Positions 17,857 through 26,472 of a DNA stretch of 64,000 bases are shown here, piece by piece (position 1 is the first letter of the stretch; each line of letters starts with the position of its first letter). The translations under genes and the position numbers were made by a program. Where the stretch lies: the IMG/VR virus record IMGVR_UViG_3300020392_000005; one strand, given 5' to 3'. Source of the DNA: a virus. Below the pieces are notes generated by a model. That model did not search any database. It was not told where the DNA came from and saw only the letters and a program-made list of their open reading frames with translations.

Positions 17857-18122
17857 TAGTTCTTTACCACCAATGATTTCAACTTCGCCCAAGTTTGAGC
17901 AGTTTGTTTCTTCATATCTGCCCAACTCTCCTTTTGATATTCTTTAGTCTTCTCAACTTCGTTAGTTAAAAAGTTTCCTACTTTAGTAGGTACATTTACA
18001 ATAGTTTCTTTTACTTCTGTTAATGTATAAGTTTTCTCTTCTGCATTTGCCATACTCATTGATAATGCTATCACCATAACCAAAGAAGCAACAAATAGCA
18101 ATACTCTATTCAAGTTCCACAT
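17856..18122 (-). CDS. Hypothetical exported protein
   Basis: Signal peptide ending ANA; start adjusted. Confidence 0.65.
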   Translation of the reverse strand: MWNLNRVLLFVASLVMVIALSMSMANAEEKTYTLTEVKETIVNVPTKVGNFLTNEVEKTKEYQKESWADMKKQTAQTWAKLKSLVVKN

Positions 18123-18123
18123 A

Positions 18124-18453
18124 TTATATCTTCTTTCCCATTGTTTTAATATCGCTCTCATCAACAACCTGGTAATTGCCTTTGTTGTATGCGATACCTA
18201 TTGTTTTACCAGCAGGCAACTTTGGTCTCATCATTGTTCTTTTGACACAAGCGCCTGGGATTCTATCACTCGTAGGTATAGAATTTCTATCACTAGAATA
18301 GTCAGGGAAAGGATAACCTTTGAAATTATTAATCACTCTACCTTTACTATCTAATCTTACACCGATTGACTTCAACCATTTCATATAGTCTTTCTTGGCA
18401 ATCTCTATTCTCATATCTCTAGTTAAGAGTTTCTTCTTCTTTGTCCGTGCCAT
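18124..18453 (-). CDS. Conserved basic hypothetical protein (AYNKG.YQ motif)
   Basis: ORF track; start adjusted. Confidence 0.7.
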   Translation of the reverse strand: MARTKKKKLLTRDMRIEIAKKDYMKWLKSIGVRLDSKGRVINNFKGYPFPDYSSDRNSIPTSDRIPGACVKRTMMRPKLPAGKTIGIAYNKGNYQVVDESDIKTMGKKI

Positions 18454-18739
18454 ACATTTTTCTTTCGTGTGCTTTCTGGTCTGCATAAGTCTTACCAAAT
18501 ACTTTTAAGTAAAAGGCGTCTCTCGGATTAGGTGCTGACCAACACGATATTAAATTGTCAAATTGTTTTACTGATATCTTAACATCCCTCATATATTGAG
18601 GTGTCTCTTGTTTAAACTTCTTTAGACCTTTAAGATAATTGATACGATTTACATAAGTCTTCTTTTTAGACTTCTCATCTTTTGCTGTGGCGTCTTTAAA
18701 TTCGTTCAACACCATTTCTTTTGTGTAGTTAAATGACAT
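18419..18739 (-). CDS. Hypothetical protein
   Basis: ORF track; GGAGG RBS. Confidence 0.7.
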   Translation of the reverse strand: MSFNYTKEMVLNEFKDATAKDEKSKKKTYVNRINYLKGLKKFKQETPQYMRDVKISVKQFDNLISCWSAPNPRDAFYLKVFGKTYADQKAHERKMYGTDKEEETLN

Positions 18740-18759
18740 ATTTGACCTCCATTGTTATC

Positions 18760-18800
18760 ATCATACTATAATACCCTTATATTGTCAAGCACCTGTAAAA
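18760..18800 (-). promoter_or_regulatory. Sigma70-type promoter with extended -35 box
   Basis: TTTTACAGGTGCTTGACA-N17-TATGAT. Confidence 0.8.
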
Positions 18801-18884
18801 CCTCTATTTTACTAGGTTTTCTTGGAAAAGCGAGGGCGTAGGAGGGCGCTGGACAGGGTCTAGGGCACTCCCACGATAGATATA

Positions 18885-19166
18885 TCATCCTTTTTTTCGC
18901 CCTTTTTTGTTTTTACCAGACAAATATGCTGGTGACTTCTTTCTTGCTTTTGCAACTTTCTTCTCAATGCCTTCTTTAATCATAGCATTTCTTTTTTGTT
19001 TTGAAAGTGGCAAATCAAGTTGAACAGGTTTACCTATCATAATAGATAACCGAGTTTTAATCTGTTTGATTAATCCTCTAACGCCATCTGCTTGTATTAA
19101 CAGATAGACAAAAGCACCACCGACTATGGTAAGTGTAATGAGTCCCAAAAAACTTTCTGTAAACAT
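18885..19166 (-). CDS. Hypothetical protein with N-terminal TM
   Basis: ORF track; GGAGG RBS. Confidence 0.7.
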   Translation of the reverse strand: MFTESFLGLITLTIVGGAFVYLLIQADGVRGLIKQIKTRLSIMIGKPVQLDLPLSKQKRNAMIKEGIEKKVAKARKKSPAYLSGKNKKGRKKG

Positions 19167-19175
19167 ATATCCTCC

Positions 19176-19400
19176 TTAATCAATTGGGTCGTTAGCAAGT
19201 TCGCCCACAGGCATTACAATCTTTTCAGAAGGTACGGTCTTCTCAATGTCGGGAGCATAATATAACTCAAACTCGTCTACTTCTTTCTGCCTGTGTGCGA
19301 TATTAATATCTACTTGTTTGATGGCCTCTTTTACCTGACCATTAACAAGCAGGTTCTTAATTTTTTTAAAATCGTCCATTGTGTTTAGTACATCTATCAT
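19176..19400 (-). CDS. Hypothetical protein
   Basis: ORF track. Confidence 0.65.
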   Translation of the reverse strand: MIDVLNTMDDFKKIKNLLVNGQVKEAIKQVDINIAHRQKEVDEFELYYAPDIEKTVPSEKIVMPVGELANDPID

Positions 19401-19645
19401 TGCTTTAATACCTCTCTAGCAATCTTAACTTTTTCTTTTGCAAGTTTATATACATATGAACCGGTCTCTTTGTTAGGACCTTCAATCGGAAAGATAGACC
19501 AACCTATGGCAGAACCATAAACAAACTCTATCATACCGACACTATCTCTTTGAAATTGTCTTCCTAGTCTAACTCTTCCGTCATTGCCAGTTACCTTATC
19601 TAAAGTAATCTGAGCTTCTTGTTTCGTCATTGCATAAGTGGTCAT
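19397..19645 (-). CDS. Hypothetical protein
   Basis: ORF track; start moved to the TAATG-coupled ATG. Confidence 0.65.
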   Translation of the reverse strand: MTTYAMTKQEAQITLDKVTGNDGRVRLGRQFQRDSVGMIEFVYGSAIGWSIFPIEGPNKETGSYVYKLAKEKVKIAREVLKQ

Positions 19646-19929
19646 TACTTCCACCACTCATTTTCTTGTTCTATTGCAATATCAACATCTGACTTTTCTT
19701 TTTCAGTATAGTTCTCTTGTATCTGGTCAAAATAACACCAGTAAGTACCATTGTCACCTGAATATGTAACCGCACCAGTATAACCTAGTGAAGTGTCATA
19801 TGTCTTCGCATTTAAAGCAGTATCGTTCTCAGCAGCTATATCTGTTTTTTCTGTTGCGATACCGATATTAATTATCTCGCCAACTCTACCGTGGTTGCCA
19901 AGTATTTTATCACCTACATTTATTATCAT
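19645..19929 (-). CDS. Hypothetical protein (possible SH3-like barrel)
   Basis: ORF track; GGAGG RBS. Confidence 0.65.
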   Translation of the reverse strand: MIINVGDKILGNHGRVGEIINIGIATEKTDIAAENDTALNAKTYDTSLGYTGAVTYSGDNGTYWCYFDQIQENYTEKEKSDVDIAIEQENEWWK

Positions 19930-19941
19930 AATATAATCCTC

Positions 19942-20409
19942 CTAATTTGTGTGTAGTCTTTTTCTGATAGGATTTCTTTTTAAAGTTAATTCAGGATTAA
20001 AGTCTTTTCTAAAACCTTGTCTATCATAAGATTGACCATAATCGTTGAACATTTTTTTGTCTCCTGCAGCCGTATTACCAAATACATCTTCGTATGTTTG
20101 ATAGTATTGGTTCTCATTAATCAACTCTACTTTAGAGACTTTAGCATAGTTGCTTGCTGTTTCTTTGTAATTCCAATCAAGGAATTTTACAATCTTTAAT
20201 TTTACTTTATCAGTAAAAATATGTTTGAATTTCATAGGTACATTTCTGTATACGGTCTCATAGGCATAAAAAAACTCACCTTGCATTTCAGGATCCATAT
20301 ACTCTCTTAAATAACAAACATTAAAAGTACCACCTTCTATGTGTTCTTCCATAGGTTTACCTTCAAAATAAATGTCTTTGAATTTCTGTTGGTCTAATTT
20401 GTTATTCAT
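19942..20409 (-). CDS. Hypothetical protein
   Basis: ORF track. Confidence 0.7.
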   Translation of the reverse strand: MNNKLDQQKFKDIYFEGKPMEEHIEGGTFNVCYLREYMDPEMQGEFFYAYETVYRNVPMKFKHIFTDKVKLKIVKFLDWNYKETASNYAKVSKVELINENQYYQTYEDVFGNTAAGDKKMFNDYGQSYDRQGFRKDFNPELTLKRNPIRKRLHTN

Positions 20410-20427
20410 AATGTCCTTCTGTTAGTG

Positions 20428-20610
20428 TTAGTATAAGTCTATAACTTCGTCAACATTGTAGTCATATATACCACATAACTCAACATTGTCAACTTTTAAG
20501 ATATCAGTTTTACACTTATCATAAGTGATTTTGTTATCTTTATATTTGTCAAGTATATCGTCTACTTGTTTCTCAGCGTCATCCCACGCCATTTGTTTTA
20601 CTTTTGCCAT
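20428..20610 (-). CDS. Small acidic hypothetical protein
   Basis: ORF track; AAGGAG RBS; first gene after a promoter. Confidence 0.7.
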   Translation of the reverse strand: MAKVKQMAWDDAEKQVDDILDKYKDNKITYDKCKTDILKVDNVELCGIYDYNVDEVIDLY

Positions 20611-20655
20611 AGTGTTTCTCCTTTGGTTGTAGTGTTATTAATTAAAATCATACTT

Positions 20656-20698
20656 AATAGTATCATATCTGTAATATATGTCAAGCAAAAAACGAGCA
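20656..20698 (-). promoter_or_regulatory. Sigma70-type (early) promoter with GCTC upstream box
   Basis: GCTCGTTTTTTGCTTGACA...TACTAT. Confidence 0.7.
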
Positions 20699-20702
20699 TA
20701 TT

Positions 20703-20942
20703 TTACGAAAAAATCCCTAAATTTATTGACATTCCAATCAAGGAAACCGTTGTTAATACTAGGTTTGTGATAATTATAGACCATTCTCGCCATAGATATC
20801 CTACGGTTACCCAAATAACGCCCCCTAAACACATTATAAGAGGGCCTAAAGGGTATATATTGAACGAATTAAACCCTACTCCTATTATTAAAGTGAAGGT
20901 TCCTAACCATTTTAGTGTATTTGTCATAGTGTTTTTATTCAT
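20703..20942 (-). CDS. Small 3-TM membrane protein
   Basis: Three hydrophobic segments; LKW.GT...N.YP.G...W motif. Confidence 0.7.
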   Translation of the reverse strand: MNKNTMTNTLKWLGTFTLIIGVGFNSFNIYPLGPLIMCLGGVIWVTVGYLWREWSIIITNLVLTTVSLIGMSINLGIFS

Positions 20943-20948
20943 ATTATA

Positions 20949-20990
20949 ACTATACCATAAGTTGAATACTATGTCAAGCGAAAAATGAGC
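20949..20990 (-). promoter_or_regulatory. Sigma70-type (early) promoter with GCTC upstream box
   Basis: GCTCATTTTTCGCTTGACA-N17-TATAGT. Confidence 0.8.
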
Positions 20991-21021
20991 TTTTTTATGA
21001 TTATTTTGTTCTTATTTTGTT

Positions 21022-21417
21022 CTATTTTGAAAGTCTGATAATCTTTTCAACAAGTCCTGCAAATCCTATCTGTCTTTGCATTGTTAGTAATTCTCGTATT
21101 CCTAGATGTTTGAAATCGTCTAGCGTGAGTTGTGCTATATCTTCTGCCTTTTCTCCGTTTACTATGTCTATGATTATCTTTGCTGTGCCTTTTGTGATAA
21201 AGGCGTCTCCGTCGTGTTTGTAGGTCATAGTTCCGTCTTCGTTCTTATTACCTACTACCCATAGGTTGCTGGCACAACCTCGTATCTTATTGTCGTCTAT
21301 CTTCTCTTCATTTGTAAGAGGTTCTACCTCTCTCGCAATATCAACCAGATACATCAATCTATGATGGCCTTCTAGTGTCTTTAACTCTTCACCTCTTGCT
21401 TTAATCTTCTCTATCAT
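21022..21417 (-). CDS. sufE: SufE-family sulfur acceptor
   Basis: IRGCAS.LW, D.DA.I.KG, LG...LL...R..G. Confidence 0.9.
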   Translation of the reverse strand: MIEKIKARGEELKTLEGHHRLMYLVDIAREVEPLTNEEKIDDNKIRGCASNLWVVGNKNEDGTMTYKHDGDAFITKGTAKIIIDIVNGEKAEDIAQLTLDDFKHLGIRELLTMQRQIGFAGLVEKIIRLSK

Positions 21418-21650
21418 ATTAACCAGTTGTACATTGCTCTCATACTTAATATTAAATACATCAACTCCATCAATGCTCTAGGATAGTCTTTATCTCGCCA
21501 CCCAAAGTATACCCACATAAAGCAGGCGATAACAGATAGTAACCAACCTATCCATTGTGTTGATACATTTGCTTCTGATAGTATATAGACACTCGCTACT
21601 GCAATGCCTAGTCCTAACCATCTTCCTTTATTTTGCCAAAATCGTATCAT
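21414..21650 (-). CDS. Small 3-TM membrane protein (PnuC/SemiSWEET-half-like)
   Basis: Three TM segments, W.GW...W pattern, C-terminal NW. Confidence 0.6.
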   Translation of the reverse strand: MIRFWQNKGRWLGLGIAVASVYILSEANVSTQWIGWLLSVIACFMWVYFGWRDKDYPRALMELMYLILSMRAMYNWLI

Positions 21651-22182
21651 ATCCCACCATTGCTATATAATAACTATCTACGATATCGGTAACTGGATTA
21701 TTAAGAGTTGTCTGGTCTAGTTCTTCCATTAAATGGATACCAGTCTCTTCATAAAAGTTGTCAAACATTTTCTCTTTGTCTGCGTTACCTTTACCTGTAG
21801 CTGTTTTCTTAATTACACTAGGTACTAAAGTATGAAACTTAATACCTCTTTTATAAAGTTTGTGTTTTAACAAACCTGTGTTTTCTGCAAGGTTGAATAC
21901 TCTACCTTTTGAACCGAAACTATAATCTTCTATGAATACGATAGGGTTGACTACATTACCTATCATATCAAATACCCAATCGGATATCTGGTCGTGTCGT
22001 TCTTGTTGTGAATTGAAATCTTTGAAAGGATAACCAGTAATCTTACCGGCCATAAATGAACCTTCATACTTTTTAACTTTAGTTAAGTAATGAAATTCAC
22101 ACTCACTTATTAATGGTCTATCATCACATATACACAGGCAAGGACCTGTTAGTGAATAATCAATCCCAATTATCTTCGTCAT
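21628..22182 (-). CDS. RuvC-like Holliday junction resolvase
   Basis: IGIDYS, FIEDYSF, KK.ATGKGNA.K, DIVDS. Confidence 0.85.
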   Translation of the reverse strand: MTKIIGIDYSLTGPCLCICDDRPLISECEFHYLTKVKKYEGSFMAGKITGYPFKDFNSQQERHDQISDWVFDMIGNVVNPIVFIEDYSFGSKGRVFNLAENTGLLKHKLYKRGIKFHTLVPSVIKKTATGKGNADKEKMFDNFYEETGIHLMEELDQTTLNNPVTDIVDSYYIAMVGYDTILAK

Positions 22183-22321
22183 CTGTGGTCTCCTCTATCT
22201 CGTCTGAATTGTCTATCGCCGCTCCACAGAAAGGGCAACTGATTGGTTCTAAATCTTCGTTCTCCCACTTTACTTCGTAGGACTCCTCGCAAGAGGAACA
22301 CTTCATCGCTGTCTTGTTCAT
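22160..22321 (-). CDS. Small zinc-ribbon protein with acidic tail (53 aa)
   Basis: Manual ORF MNKTAMKCSSC...CPFCG...DEDNWD. Confidence 0.75.
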   Translation of the reverse strand: MNKTAMKCSSCEESYEVKWENEDLEPISCPFCGAAIDNSDEIEETTDDEDNWD

Positions 22322-23424
22322 TATAGCTTAAATTTTTTGAATTGGTCTTTTTCTACATCTTGTTTAATGCCACCAATTACATAACTTTCTATTTCAGTTT
22401 CTTGTGGTGCATTTTGTAAACTTCTGCTATTAAACCAATGTTCAGTCCAAGGTAGTGGATTAACTTTACCTTGTTCATATATTGGTTTTAATCCAATCGC
22501 TTTCATCCTCTTGTTCGCTGTCCACTCAACATAGTTATGTAGTAATTTTTCTGATAGTCCTACCATAGAACCTTTTGAGAATAAATGTGTTGCCCAACGC
22601 TTCTCTTCGTCAACAGCGTCTTTGTATAATTGTTCAACATACTTCTCATTGTTCTTAATTACTTTGTTCATAACTTTATCGTTTTCAGGACCACGATAGT
22701 TGTTAATTATTCTTTGTGATACTGCAAGATGTTGGCTCTCGTCTCTAGCAATAAACGATATAATCTTTGCACTACCTTCCATAAGTTTAAGTTCACCGAA
22801 AGCAAAACTACAAGCAAACGATACATAAAATCTTAAACCTTCTAATATGTTTACGGTAACTAGTGTACGCCATAACTTCTCTTTCAAGTCATACTCATCA
22901 ACTTCATTACCTAAACTCTTCTTCATACCTAAATTAATCAGTTCATCATAATGTTCAGTAACCGATTTACTTCTTCTCTCTATCTTCTCATCTGAAATAA
23001 TAGTATCAAATACTTCTGATGGATTAGAATATAAGTTTTTAATAATGTATGTATAACTTCTACTATGAATAGTCTCCATAAAGTCCCAAGTTATAATACA
23101 ACCTTCTAATTCTGGTAATGATACAAATGGTAAGAAAGCAAGACAAGGTCCTCTACCTTGTACACTATCTAACATAGTTTGATATTTTAGATTACTCGTA
23201 AATATAAACTTCTGTTCTGGTCTTAATGTTGACCAATCTGACCTGTCTTTCTGTAAAGATACTTCTTCAGGTCTCCAAAAGAAACCTAATTGTTGTTGTG
23301 TCAACTTATCAAATATAGGATACTTCATATTGTCGTATCTTTGTACCTGTAAGTCTTCACCAAAAAACATAGGTTGTTTTGTGAAATCTAAATCTTTATC
23401 TTTATTAAATACGCTACTTGCCAT
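22321..23424 (-). CDS. nrdB: Class Ia ribonucleotide reductase beta subunit
   Basis: FFWRPEE, ETIHSRSY, EG.RFY, RDE..H, APQE.E...Y. Confidence 0.98.
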   Translation of the reverse strand: MASSVFNKDKDLDFTKQPMFFGEDLQVQRYDNMKYPIFDKLTQQQLGFFWRPEEVSLQKDRSDWSTLRPEQKFIFTSNLKYQTMLDSVQGRGPCLAFLPFVSLPELEGCIITWDFMETIHSRSYTYIIKNLYSNPSEVFDTIISDEKIERRSKSVTEHYDELINLGMKKSLGNEVDEYDLKEKLWRTLVTVNILEGLRFYVSFACSFAFGELKLMEGSAKIISFIARDESQHLAVSQRIINNYRGPENDKVMNKVIKNNEKYVEQLYKDAVDEEKRWATHLFSKGSMVGLSEKLLHNYVEWTANKRMKAIGLKPIYEQGKVNPLPWTEHWFNSRSLQNAPQETEIESYVIGGIKQDVEKDQFKKFKL

Positions 23425-24086
23425 TACTTCTTCTCTTTCTTATTTCTCTTTACATCTTTATAAAAATAGTCATTTGTATCACCAAAGAATATATCACCTT
23501 TCTCGCAAAAGAAGTATCTACTTGATACTTGAAAGTCAGGTGTCTTTAATTCTTTAGGTGTTAGTGATTGTTCAAACCATAACATACGATTGTTAGGTTG
23601 AGCGAAAAATTGTCCGTTCTCTAGTTTACCAAAGTTATGTTGTTTGTGTTCACTCGGTACTTCAGCGACACTTGTATTTATCATATTTGGATCACTATGT
23701 ACACTATCAATAGTAAACAGATATTCGCCGTTAACAATGCCTTTATCTTTTATCCATATCTGTACATCACAATTCTTTAGTATTGATTTTGACCAGACTT
23801 GGATATCATAACTAAAACTATCCCATAGTTCTAGTTGATTTAAACTTAATTGTTCCTTTAAATCTATATCTGTTTTCCATACGAAAGCAGATAAAGGAAA
23901 CTTATCAAAACAAGCACCGTATTCAGGCAGATATGCCTCAAACATCAATGCTCTTCCTTGCATACTTTTAACTGATATAAGAACACACTCTACAAATTGT
24001 CCGTGTCCTTTTTCTAAATCGTGTAAATACTCTTTCTTAACCCAACATTTAATATAGGGTACATTTGCTACAAAGTTCATCTTCAC
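23424..24086 (-). CDS. Conserved marine-phage hypothetical protein between nrdA and nrdB
   Basis: EYLFTID, EHK, NGQF.AQPNNR motifs. Confidence 0.75.
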   Translation of the reverse strand: MKMNFVANVPYIKCWVKKEYLHDLEKGHGQFVECVLISVKSMQGRALMFEAYLPEYGACFDKFPLSAFVWKTDIDLKEQLSLNQLELWDSFSYDIQVWSKSILKNCDVQIWIKDKGIVNGEYLFTIDSVHSDPNMINTSVAEVPSEHKQHNFGKLENGQFFAQPNNRMLWFEQSLTPKELKTPDFQVSSRYFFCEKGDIFFGDTNDYFYKDVKRNKKEKK

Positions 24087-24092
24087 CTCTCA

Positions 24093-26459
24093 TTATATAT
24101 TACAAGCCTCACACTCGCCTTCTGTTTCAGTTGACGCACTCTCATTTATTTGTACATCATTTAATACATCTGGTTTAGTATCTGGTTGTAAGTTTACTGA
24201 ACCTATCTCTTGCTCTTCGTATGTCAAAGGATGTAAAGGTTCTTGTTCTTTTTTGCCGTCATATGTATTCTGATAATATGAAGTCTTCCAACCATACTTA
24301 TATGTATTCAATAAGTCCTGTGCCATAGTAGATACAGGTACTTGATTATCAGAATAGTTTTCAGGATTATAAGACCAGTTACCAGATATACCTTGGTCAA
24401 AATACTTCTGCATTACTGACACAACATTTATATATCCTTCGTTTGATTTCATATCCCATAACAAAGTATAGTTATTTTTAAGTCTCGTATAATCAGGCAC
24501 TACTTGTTTCAAAGTTCCTTTCTTACTCTTCTTAATAGATAAGAAGTCTCTAGGTGGTTCAATGCCGTTTGTAGCATTAGAAACCACACTAGAGCTTTCA
24601 GAAGGCATTTGGGCGGAGAGAGTGCTATGTCTGAGCCCATACTTGGTAATGTCTTGTCTTAACTCTTCCCAATCAAAGCTGAGTTTCCGATTTACAATCT
24701 CATCAACTTCTTTTTTGTAAGTGTCAATAGGCAAGACGCCATCTGAATACTTTGTCCTATCAAAATACTCACACTTGCCTTTTTCTTTTGCAAGTTCATT
24801 TGAGGCATTTAATAGGTAATACTGGAATGCTTCTGTTAATTTATCAACTTCTTTCCACGCCATCTTTTGGTCGTATGTATAACCTTTCTTCGCAAGGTAA
24901 TGAGCAAGACCGATATAACCGATACCTAAACTTCTTCTTGCCTTTGTAGATATCTCGGCAGCCATAACAGGATACTTCTGATGGTCTATAATCTCGTCTA
25001 GTGCTCTTACTGATAAATCACATAAGTTTTCTAACTCATCTAAATTCTTTAATATACCAACATTGATTGCACTTAATATACATAGAGCAATCTCACCTGC
25101 ACCATCTATGTGTTCAATAGGGTCAGTAGGTAATGTAATCTCCTGACATAGGTTTGACATATTAACTTTATCTTTGAAACTACTATGTGAATTAGCGTGG
25201 TCAATATTCATAATATAGATACGACCTGTTTCTGCTCTTTCTTTTAGTAAGTCAAAGAATAGTTTTTGTGCTGGTACTTTCTTTCTGAATATACTTGTAT
25301 CTTTCTCATACTTCGTATACATCTTATCAAACTCTTCTGTACCAAACGCTTCATATAAACCTGGTACTTCGTGTGGTGAAAATAAAGTTATATCATCATC
25401 GCTGATAAATCTTTCATAGAATAGTTTAGATATCTGTATAGAGTAATCTAGTTTTCTAACTCTATTATCTTCACTACCTTTATTGTTTTTTAATACTATA
25501 ATATCTTCTATCTCTTTGTGCCAGATAGGAAAGTGAACCGTAGCACAACCGCCTCTTACTCCGTTTTGTGTACAGGACTTAACCGTTGCTTCAAACTTCT
25601 TTAAGAAAGGAACAACACCTGTATGTGCAACTTCACCACCTCTAATTTTAGAATTGATACCTCTTATTCTACCCATATTCAATCCGATACCTGCTCTTTG
25701 TGCTGTGTAATAACCAACTGCCATATCACTTGAAAAGATACTAGGTAAAGTATCGTTAACATCTACTAGTACACAACTAGCATATTGTCTCATAGGTGTT
25801 CTTACACCTGCCATAACAGGAGTAGGAATGTTTATTTGAAATTTAGATATTGCGTTGTAATATTTTCTGATATAGGTAAGTCTTTTGTTTTTAGGATACT
25901 TTGCAAAGATAGTGGCGGCAATCATCATATACATTTGTTGAGGCGTCTCGTATATAACTCCTGTACTTCTGTCTTGTACAAGATACTTATCCATCACTTG
26001 TCTTAAACCTGCATATGTAAAACTATAATCTCTATCGTGGTCAATCATAGTATTCATACGGTCAAATTCTGACTTGTCATACCAGGTAAGTATATCTTTA
26101 TCATACACACCTAACTCTACACACTTCTTAACGCAAGTATGTAAATGAGGATGGTCCCACAATCTTCTGTTAATAGATTTTCTCAAACTATAAAGTAATA
26201 GTCTGGCTGCAACATATTGATAGTTAGGATTTTCTAGTGAGATTAAATCTGAAGCTGACCTTATTAGAATTTGTTGTATCTGGTCAGTAGGAATGTTATC
26301 ATAAAATTGTAGACCACTATTCATTTCAACTAATGATGAAGACACACCAGTTATATCTTCACAAGCATACTCAACCATATCGTGGATTTTATCAATGTTA
26401 AGAGGTTCTCTACCTCTCCCGTTTCTCTTAATAACAAATATTTCTTTTCCGTTCACCAT
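24093..26459 (-). CDS. nrdA: Class Ia ribonucleotide reductase alpha subunit with ATP cone
   Basis: VIKRNG ATP cone, SCVL, SNLCQEI, C-terminal CEAC. Confidence 0.98.
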   Translation of the reverse strand: MVNGKEIFVIKRNGRGREPLNIDKIHDMVEYACEDITGVSSSLVEMNSGLQFYDNIPTDQIQQILIRSASDLISLENPNYQYVAARLLLYSLRKSINRRLWDHPHLHTCVKKCVELGVYDKDILTWYDKSEFDRMNTMIDHDRDYSFTYAGLRQVMDKYLVQDRSTGVIYETPQQMYMMIAATIFAKYPKNKRLTYIRKYYNAISKFQINIPTPVMAGVRTPMRQYASCVLVDVNDTLPSIFSSDMAVGYYTAQRAGIGLNMGRIRGINSKIRGGEVAHTGVVPFLKKFEATVKSCTQNGVRGGCATVHFPIWHKEIEDIIVLKNNKGSEDNRVRKLDYSIQISKLFYERFISDDDITLFSPHEVPGLYEAFGTEEFDKMYTKYEKDTSIFRKKVPAQKLFFDLLKERAETGRIYIMNIDHANSHSSFKDKVNMSNLCQEITLPTDPIEHIDGAGEIALCILSAINVGILKNLDELENLCDLSVRALDEIIDHQKYPVMAAEISTKARRSLGIGYIGLAHYLAKKGYTYDQKMAWKEVDKLTEAFQYYLLNASNELAKEKGKCEYFDRTKYSDGVLPIDTYKKEVDEIVNRKLSFDWEELRQDITKYGLRHSTLSAQMPSESSSVVSNATNGIEPPRDFLSIKKSKKGTLKQVVPDYTRLKNNYTLLWDMKSNEGYINVVSVMQKYFDQGISGNWSYNPENYSDNQVPVSTMAQDLLNTYKYGWKTSYYQNTYDGKKEQEPLHPLTYEEQEIGSVNLQPDTKPDVLNDVQINESASTETEGECEACNI

Positions 26460-26472
26460 TATAACTCCTTAA

